In this document: positions 54,824 to 64,000 of the stretch, in pieces
How the letters are laid out: the number at the start of each line of letters is the position of its first letter
Numbering within the stretch: position 1 is the stretch's first letter
NCBI RefSeq assembly: GCF_022045235.1
Contig: NW_027266264.1
Location: 80,600,001-80,664,000, forward strand
Length of the DNA: 64,000 nt
Direction: 5' to 3'
From: Haliotis cracherodii
Lineage: Eukaryota
Notes under the pieces: generated by a model
Told to the model about the DNA's origin: nothing
Seen by the model: only the letters and a program-made list of their open reading frames with translations
Databases searched by the model: none
Program-made: the position numbers and the translations under genes

Positions 54824-56485
54824 TTTAACTTCCGTTCAAACGTAGAGTAAGCTCTAAACAGCGCTGCTGTTGACATAACACGCGTAGAAGAAAACACGCG
54901 CTGTTGTGGAGCATACATTGCAATTACGATATATACTATTAGCTGCACAACATTTAACAATGATTCTAATCGTAAAGAGCACTTGAAAACGGATATTATT
55001 ACTTTATTATGTCTTAGTTATGTTTAGAATCATAATAATATCACAAAAGTGTTTGAATGCAATGTTGACACTGTGGGTTTAGTGAAAAAGGTTCATGTAC
55101 ATGGAGTGGCGCAAATGGTTTATTGAGTGTAAACTATTAACAGTATCTAAGTACCTATGTTCTATGGTGTCAACACTTTCGCCCTAGCAAGGCATATCTT
55201 AAATAGGGAGATCAATAAGGAGAACGGTTTTATTCAACATTGTCACTGAAAGGTGTGGAGGGTTACACTCAGCAATACTCCAGCTGTAGATATATTACCG
55301 AACTGGTGACATAAAATAACACAATGCACCAGCATTGTATGTCAGTGCTTGCTATATAGGGAACAGGTCAAAGGGGCCACACGTGAAAAGGGACAGAGAC
55401 ACCACATAGTCAAAACGGCGGCACTAAAAAGTCAAAACGGCGGCACTAAAAAGTCAAAACGGCCACACTAAAAAGTCAAAACGGCGGCACTAAAAAGTCA
55501 AAACGGCCACACTAAAAAGTCAAAAGGGTCACATGAAAATATAAAGATAAAGCTTATAGTGTTGGTTGTATTTGTTTGCTCTATTTATTTCATTAATTCA
55601 AAGGATTTACAATAAACTTTGATCTATAGTCAGCGTCCGAAACTCACCAGAGTAAACTGAGAGCCTTATGGGCCAGCACATTTTAAAAAAAAACCCGCAG
55701 GCCTAGTAGAAAAATACTGAAGGCCCAAACATTTTAGCTGATGCAGGGAAACACACTCTTGCAATACAACTTACAAAACACAGCCAACCAGACGCTTAAA
55801 TTACTGCTATCACACCGAGTTCCCAAAGACTCGGTGGTGATAGATGAAGCCTATGTTGACATTTATCAGGACATTTTCAGCTTGTAAAACATCTTTGCGA
55901 CTACATGTCATACACCATTTGAAAGGTTTAATCCCACTGTTTATAAATAAGAAACTTGTGTTTATCACATTGCTTAAATAATGCTTAATATATAATTACT
56001 TAAATAAACTGCAGACCGTAAGGGCCTGTTGATATTTAGAACTATGAGCAACGAGCCTGCTCCCCAATGCATTTGTTGGTTGACAGTACTGATGGTATTG
56101 ACTCAGTGTTAGAGTGATGGTATAAACATGGAATGAGGATCACGGTAAGCTGCCCTGACTGTTTGCCACTGAGTTATTAAGAGGAGTAATTTACGGCTTT
56201 TACGTGTTAGGGATACATACTGGAATATGTTTTGTGGAAAATATAATGTTTTTATCCCACGCTCTACCACATTGCGTGCTTATCGAAGTCTTCTAAAAAA
56301 TGGAACAACATCGCTGTGTGGAACTTGATAGATCAAAACATCCGCTTGTCATGCGCACTTTCCAGGAAGTAAACGTAGTAAAGTACCGTGTTGTAACGTT
56401 ACTGATTTACAGAGATGAGTGGATCGGTCCGGTGTCAATGACCGTTTGTGATTGCTTTGAGGCTTGCCATTGAGTTCAAATCATC
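54824..56485. promoter_or_regulatory. Divergent intergenic/promoter region between AK6 and PARP16
   Basis: The start codons face away from each other 1.66 kb apart. ETS-like acttccg at ~54828 and caggaagt at ~56363; NRF1-like catgcgca at ~56350. Confidence 0.55.
55408..55528. repeat. 22-bp tandem repeat (gtcaaaacggcggcactaaaaa, ~5 copies)
   Basis: Units at 55409, 55431, 55453 and onward. Confidence 0.9.
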
Positions 56486-59400
56486 ATGGATGATAACCAG
56501 ACACGTAAAGTACAATTCATAAGAGAAAAGATAAAACTTGATCCACTTGCTGTCGATATGCAATGGAGTTTGTTTTCGTCGGCAGCACTAAGTTACCGAT
56601 TTGACACCGTCCTTCGACCGTTCCCTCCGATGTTCATGAGTTCCGACAACGAAAAGGATACAAAATCTCTGGTAGATTTAATTTCGTTATCGTTGTCTTG
56701 TTGCTCGTCACATGTGCATGCGAAGAAATCATTGTTTTAATCCATTTTAGGTAGAGATCTACTACCTGTTTTAGTTAGGCCTATCTTTTTTCCTATCATG
56801 TTGGATCTACGCTCACATATTATGCAATCATTTTTAATAATGGTTCTCTTAGTCGAATGCTACTTTACAAATGGCTCTCCACTGATAACCTTTGCTGACA
56901 GGAATCTTGCCATGGCATATAATAATCATTACGATTGTTGCATCAGCATTACCTTGCCAGCAGGGCGGAACCTTGCGAATTTCCAGGATATATAGCTGAT
57001 ATATCCTTTCCTACTGTGGTTTCGAGTCCCTAAGAAGTATTTCTGATTACGTGTCTAATGACAATGGCAGTACACTAAAATTAAGCCTTACGTTTGAGAA
57101 CACTTATTTCTGTTTACAACTGAATAGTCTAATGACCACATTTTGTCCAAATATTTGTGATAATGCATCACCAAGCAAGACAAGCCACTCAGACACCATC
57201 TTGTTACAGTCACCTGATTTCGAGCCCCTTCATAACAGTCAAGTTAAAAATATATGTGCAACCTGATCAGTCACATGACATGACAGACAGGTAGTTTACA
57301 AACAGCAGCTGATACACTAAGCTCACTTGTGTTTGTAGAAGGTGAGTTGCATGCGCATGCTATTGATACATGTTACTTCAATTTTGTAGGAGCAGGCAAT
57401 GCGTGAAGTTCCAAACATGTTGAGAGTAGGTTCTTCGTTATCATCACTCTCTAGCAAGACCATTGACCTGATTCACTGGGTGATGGACTCGAAGTCCTTC
57501 ACTCTCACAACCCTAGACAAGACTCGGGTAAGCACCAACTCTTTGGTTATACCATATTTTTGCCACATTTTGGGGAGGCTTTAAATTTAACCTAAGGCAT
57601 TAACACACCTTATGCATGACACGACCAGTAGAGGGTTCATTATGGTATGGGGTATTACAGAAATGTACCCCATGTTCTTCTCTGTATACATAAATTTACT
57701 CTAGGCGAAATCTGAATAATGACATCTGACCTAGTTGACCACTGCTGTGCATGACTCTAGATACATCATGCAACGGTGCATGACACTGGAGACAGTGGAC
57801 TAGTCCATTCAACTGTACATGACACTGGAGACAGTGGACTAGTCAATTCAATGATGCATGACACTGGAGACAGTGGATTAGTCCATTCACTGATGCATAT
57901 CACTGGAGACAGTGGACAAGTCCATTCAACGATGCATATCACTGGAGACAGTGGACTAGTCCATTCAACGATGCATATCACTGGAGACAGTAGACTAGTC
58001 CATTCAACGATGCATGACACTGGAGACAGTGGACAAGTCCATTCAATGATGCATGACACTGGAGACAGTGGACTAGTCGATTCAACGATGCATGACACTG
58101 GAGACAGTGGACTAGTCTATTCAACAGTGCTTGACACTGGAGACTGGACTAGTCAATTCAATGGTGCATGACACTGGAGACAGTGGACTAGTCCATTCAA
58201 TGATGCATGAAAAGTTAACCCAGAAATCTGTACGTAAATGAATTTAATGTGAAACCAATAAACAACCAACAAAAGGTATACAATCAACATTTGTATGACA
58301 CAATTAACAAGGTTTACAGATCAATACAAATTACTGCACAGCAATTACAACTGTACAATGGCAGTATGCAGTAGAGTGGTAGTACAATATGCAATGGCAG
58401 TATCAAATACCAAAGGTGATGGCATTGGCATGGGCGGATACAGCTTTTTTGAAAAGGGGGGTGCACAATTAAGATCTATTAATTGTCTTTGGTGGTAATT
58501 TATACAGAAATAAAGATATTTTTTTTTAAATAAAAAGAGGGGGTGCGCAACCCCCCCTACCCCCAACCCCCCCCCCTCTGTATCCGCCCATGATTGGTGA
58601 TATAAAAAAGTTCAGTGATAATAATATTCACCTCTCCACAACAGTGGTCAAGCTTCCGAGTAAAGCTAAGGCTGGGAATCTGGGTGATAAGTGATCTTCA
58701 CACAAAAGCTGGTCTTGATATAATGTGAGATGAAATGTGAGATGACAGGCATGCGCCTGTTCCACTTACATAGTCTAACCCAGCTTCCAGCACTTTCCAC
58801 ACAGTGCTTGACCAGTCCAGTGTCACTGGAACATCACAGAATATTTCACATGTTTCTATAATGCTTGACATCCATACATGTTATTCCAGAAGTTTACAGG
58901 TCATTCAAGCATCTGAATGTAATAATTTCTCTCTGCTTACATTAAATAGTACAATATTCCTGACAACTAATCATTATCCAAATACAATACAATGCAATGA
59001 ACTTCTACTGAATCTCAACAGAGACAGTGTAATACAGTTACAGTCATTGTTTAACAGTAAATTACACTGCCATATTACAGGTAAAAGCAATCATGATTGC
59101 CTGTGTTGAGAGTTGAAGAATCATTATAATGTAATAAATTAAAAATGATCCATTTATGTTTCAAGTGAAACTGAAATGGTTTTTTGCACCGTTTAATACA
59201 CCCACTGGCCCAGTTGTTTCATTGCACTGGTTAGCTTGGGTACAATTCTGTGTTGTGATTTCAGCAATGGTACATACAGAAAAGTACCTGGATAATATTT
59301 CTGTATGACCCAATATGAAAATGGTCCAAATGTACCAATTTAAGGACCCAGCAGTCATAGGTTCAAATATGGGATTAAAACCGTACAACCTATGTCACTT

Positions 59401-62225
59401 TGGCCTTTCCTCTTTTACCAGACCGCCTAGTGCTCTCGTGGTAGAGCATCAGCCTGGAGAGCGAAAGGTCCAATCCCTGGCCGCATCATACCATGTTAAA
59501 AGATGGTACCTATTGTTACCCTGCCTGATGCTCAGCTTTAAAGGGCTAAAACAAGGACTGTTTGGCTCAGAGTCATACACTGTGTATGGGTGGGGTATTT
59601 ATGTTAAAATGTGGCATTGTATCTCAGTGGGCTAACACTATAAAATTTGCATTACTCTGGACGAGTACAAGCAGCCACACACACATACATGCACATTGCT
59701 GTATAAGTACAACATCGAACGCTATGTTTAAAGCCCACTTCACCTCACCACCTTTTATCAGGGGACAAACCTGATACCATGATACAACTGTAATGCTTTT
59801 CGAAGGTGTGTTATTACAGTGCTCCAGATAAGCTGCGAATCTGCGTAAAATACGCATCAGCATGATCAGAAATGCAGAAATATGCAGTAAAATAAAATCC
59901 AAGCATATCAAATACGCAACGAACATTACAGATACGCTACAAAAATAAAACTTGTGCGTATCATCAAAATATTGTGAAGTAACCCTGCGTATTCGATTAG
60001 CAAATCAGCAACTTATTTTGAAATTATAAACAGGCATTCCGTCAACCTTGCCAAACTCCACGATGACAGTTACACCATGATCATTTGCCATCACACTTTC
60101 TTGTGGACGTATCGTGGTATTTTTGAGTCCTATAAAGCTCTCGAACCCACATGACACCAGTTTGCAGGGACTAGATGAATAGTGTTTTTAAATATTTAAC
60201 TTAAATACCCACATGTGTAAAAACTAGTGGGTAACAGAAATTTGAATACCCAGATAGAATTACTGATACCCAATGATTTTAAAATGCATGGGTAAAATAC
60301 CCACAACACCAAAAGCTTATCTGGAGCTCTGGTTATTACCAACAGGATCACTTAACACACCTTTTGTTTACCACAACAACATTGCTTCTCATATTGCAGG
60401 GCTGGGAACATTGGTACGTTGTTGCTCTTCAGACCAAACACCCTGGTTACCTTCACCCACAGCCACATCGACAATAATGAATGTCTGAAGCTTATTTTTC
60501 TGTCTCCAGGTAATAGCACTGTAATCATTTGAGTAATCACTTGCCCACTTACAGTTTGCAGCGATCCAGAAAATGACTGGTCATACAACCGAGGTGCCGT
60601 CTCCCAACTTCATCTTTGAGGTGACTCCCAGTGAAACTAATGATGCCAAATTTCAAGTTGTCCGCAACAACAGAAAAGTCTTCTTTGCATATCATGGAAG
60701 TCGTATAGAAAACTTCCATTCTATACTGCACAATGGTCTAGCATCTCATATGAATAAGGTAAGTCTGTATTCATTTCATACAGTTATAAATAACCTAATA
60801 ATTAGAAGCAAGACACCACTCACTCATGTAAGGAACATGTCGAGTACTGTAGCAGCAGCCATGATGAAAAGACACTACAATGTTCATTCCAACAATTGTG
60901 CTCTCAGCCAAACTTGGAACCTGTATAACCTTCATCTGATCTCATTATCCCCCGCCACAAAGTGGAAGGGAGATATAGGAATGAGCGCTGTCCTTCCGTC
61001 CTTCTTGTTTAGTTTCTTGAAAACTGTACAATATTTCATCACCATACTTGGCACAGAGATAGGTCTAGTGGTAAATTGGTGTCTTTTGATTGTTTGGGAT
61101 ATTTAAAAACAATATTTATCTAATTTCCATAGCAATGACTTTGACTTAGACTGAAAATGGCTGTAGTGCTCGTTTCCAGAGCAGATCTGTGAAAAGCGTA
61201 CAATGTTTCTTGTGTTGCGGTCAACCAGACATGTCATATTGGGGGATATGAGTTTTTCATGCTTGTTTGAATATGCTTTACTTGGACTTTCCTGGCCTAG
61301 ATCATTTAGATTTCATGGAAGTTAGACCATGTCTGGTGAGAGAAGTGAAGTTTGTGAAGAAAAAAACTTTATCATGGAGTTTTAAGCGTACAATGTTGAT
61401 GTTGTCATGTATTGAATGTCTGTAACTTTCAAAGTTATGAATTCTCTCATCAATTACATGGTGCATTTAAGGTGTTGCATTGGCATTAACTTCATGATTT
61501 ACGGCATATGCTCTTACTTTTCAAGGTGTCTATGTTCGGTGAGGGCACATACTTGTCGGGGGAGCTGGCAGTGTCAATGACCTACAGCCCAACAGGCTTG
61601 ACCTGGGACTGCAGTGAACTCGGAAACAAGCTGGGCTGTGTGGCTGTGTGTGAGATGATTGATGACTCCAGTGTTAAATGTCAGGAGAAGACAGGTTTGT
61701 TGCTTTTACAATGTGCACACACCCCAAGTTTTAAAATAAGGTAATTTATTAATGGTGGTTATCTCACTGACTTTTTATATTGATAATCTAAGTTTTATTT
61801 TGTCATGAAGCTAATGAGATGCTGATTGTTTTATTGATGACAACTGTTTCATTGCTTAAGAGGCTGACTTGGCTGTGAGCAGTGCTCATGACCAAGAGAC
61901 CTTCATGTTGTTTGGACATTTTTGATTACATTATTATTTGATCAATTACTCCATCTCTATAAATTATATAAAAACCTTGGACTGTAGGGCACACTGACAA
62001 TAGGTGTCATCAATATGGTCCAGGAAGTATTTGCCTCTACGGACTTGTACATCTCTCTGTTGCCCTTCCCCCACCAGGATCTGAGGATGGTGCAAAGAAG
62101 TCCCGAGCACGTGTCACTGGCAGCATGGCTGGGGATGTTCCAGAGAAGTACTATGTGGTCCGGAACAACGAGGTCATGCGTGTGCGTTACCTGGTGGTCT
62201 ATGCCGAGAAGACAAAGCCTAAACA
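56486..62225 (+). CDS. PARP16: Mono-ADP-ribosyltransferase PARP16, 3'-partial: join(56486..56671,57390..57527,60555..60758,61526..61694,62078..62225)
   Basis: N-terminal SLFSSAALSYRFDTVLRPFP; catalytic motifs FAYHGSRIENFHSILHNGL, SMFGEGTYLS, VAVCEMID and VPEKYYVVRNNEVMRVRYLVVY (H-Y-Y triad). All introns GT-AG, phases 0,0,0,1, ending at a phase-2 donor gtgagt. The C-terminal transmembrane exon was not found in the window. Confidence 0.93.
57775..58210. repeat. Minisatellite, 39-bp unit atgcatgacactggagacagtggactagtccattcaacg (~11 copies), PARP16 intron 2
   Basis: Visible periodicity. Confidence 0.92.
58429..58592. mobile_element. MITE with 15-bp TIR catgggcggatacag and apparent 5-bp TSD attgg
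   Basis: Perfect TIRs; attgg at 58424-58428 and 58593-58597. Confidence 0.75.
59422..59682 (+). mobile_element. SINE family D
   Basis: Degenerate tRNA head, catcataccatgttaaaagatggtacc core, (CA)n tail. Confidence 0.65.
60945..61268 (+). mobile_element. Probable non-autonomous Helentron/HINE-like element
   Basis: ttatcccccgccac...ggagatatag, short gtcc repeats and terminal ggggatat...cttgttt; related fragment at ~1815-1920. Confidence 0.45.
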
Positions 62226-64000
62226 GTGAGTCAAACCAGGGAGGACACCAGCCTGGAGAGTCTGTCTCTAATGGCGACATCTCTGTCCCTGTTTCACCCT
62301 CAACTGATCAAAGTCAAAAAGACTTTCACCAGATGTAGCCTATTTTCTCACTAGGAACAAGCTAAGACCTGGAAACACTAATAAGCATAAATAGTGATAC
62401 CTTGAAGCCCCCACCATCAACACAAGCCCACGCTTAAGCACGTACGCACAATAAAAAAAGCCACACACACACACTAAACACACACACACATTTATATTTG
62501 TGTACTGCAGGTATTCAGGTACTAGGATCTGCTAAAATGTGGCTTTTATTTGTTGCCCAGATAGCAGATCCATTTGCATTCTTGTTATCATTCTCAACTC
62601 CTTGGGCAGTATACAACCCAAGCTGCCTAGGGTGCTTGACGGTTTCTACATCCATCTCACATATCAGATACCCATTCCCTGCTGGGTGAACAGACACATT
62701 TGAAGTAAATCACTTACCCAGGGTGACACAACACGTGTTTACACTTGTGTTTCGTGTATATGTACATATTCAGGTTTCCACCATCTGGTCATCTACTAGT
62801 GGACAAGTGGGTTGTTTTGAGTGGTCAGGGTGAAAGTGCTGCATTCTACGGGTAGTGACAACTCTGTAAGGACCTGTAAACACTGATGGCCCCAAGGCTG
62901 AGTAACAACCCGGTCGCTGGAGGGATATGATCTGAGCACCTGGCGGTTGCTAGCCTGACACTTTTGACCACTTGCCCACTCCGCCCCCACCACTACTGCT
63001 TGATTAAGTCCATGAGTTTGGATAAGTTGCTGATAGACCAAGGAACATGATCAGGGCATGTGGTCCTGTGTACACCACACAGGTCACAATCAGGTCAAGT
63101 TCAGCAACACTGGTCGTGTGACTGTGTTCAGCAAGCCTGACTAGTGAGTTTCTAAGGCTTTGGTCTTCCCCCACACTGAAGCACATGTTACATGTGGTAT
63201 CTCCTTAGGCAATTGTTCGAAGTATGCCTCTGTTCATACAGGAGTCAGTGGGTACCCAGTTGGATGAAATGGTAATGAGACTGTTAACCTTATACTGCCT
63301 CAGATGCAGCTTTGGTTGTATACTCCCCAGGGAGCTGAGGAGGAACTTCAAATACACACTGATCCATTGACCAAGTTGAAAGTCCGGTGCTTTTTAAATG
63401 CATGATATTATTGAATTACATATTTGATCACATCACCAACAGATCCTGATATAACTAAAGGGCACAATTCTGCACATTGAGTTGCAGTGCCCTAGGACAC
63501 TGATCCTTCTATTCAACACAGTCTCAGACTCACTATCAGAGAAGAACTGTAACAATAAGGATACAGAGCATGGAGTAACTGTATGGTTTCTGTTTGATGT
63601 GACCCAACAATTCAGATTCATGATCTCTCTCTCATCTTTTTGAAATACTGTATTTGCCATAATAAGCGTCTTACTCCAATAATTGTCACTGACCAACTTG
63701 TGACTAGTTTGTTAGCAGCCTTTATCAGCACCCAGTACTAACCCCAAAAATGGAATTTGGAAATTTACAGTAAACGCATCAGTGTATAGAGGGTATGTAA
63801 CTGCCTAGTAACTATTATTGTATCAAAAACATTTGACATTTGAAAACACTTGACGAATGAACTACTTCTGTTCTCTGCCATTCAGTCTCTGACAACACAA
63901 TTTTCTTGTGTATGGTTTAAGTAAGCGCCCTCCTTTGTCAATATTCTAAGTGCCCTAGGTGTTTATTACGGTAAGAATGATGTTTGATTGACATGTTTTA

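Noticed and set aside
57776-58171. 131-aa (MHDTGDSGLVHST)n ORF within PARP16
   Set aside because: It comes from a 39-bp intronic minisatellite; PARP16 exons 2 and 3 join in frame without it.
62498-62689. Hydrophobic ORF as a candidate PARP16 transmembrane last exon
   Set aside because: The acceptors at 62510 and 62518 give early stops in the required phase 2, and the ORF does not resemble the PARP16 tail. The real exon is probably downstream of the window.

Overview
Eukaryotic (animal) genomic DNA with spliceosomal introns and dense repeats. The SINE and MITE landscape suggests a mollusc, possibly a gastropod; this is inference only. Positions 1-44 kb hold a same-strand tandem cluster of small secreted chitin-binding type-2 (ChtBD2/CBM14, peritrophin-A-like) genes. 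It comprises the last exon of one gene, a possible decayed paralog, two complete 3-exon two-domain genes and one complete 3-exon three-domain gene, all built with phase-1 introns. Positions 49-64 kb hold a head-to-head housekeeping pair: AK6 (minus strand, 4 exons, complete) and PARP16 (plus strand, 5 exons visible, last exon apparently beyond the window). Between and within the genes lie about ten minisatellite arrays, four short retroposon families, Tc1/mariner-type MITEs, a Dong/R4-like RLE retroposon fragment inserted in a (TAA)n tract, a LINE 3' end and Penelope-like remnants with decayed hammerhead cores. Most long ORFs in the supplied track are repeat artefacts. All exon models were spliced by hand and checked for frame; none is backed by transcript data.
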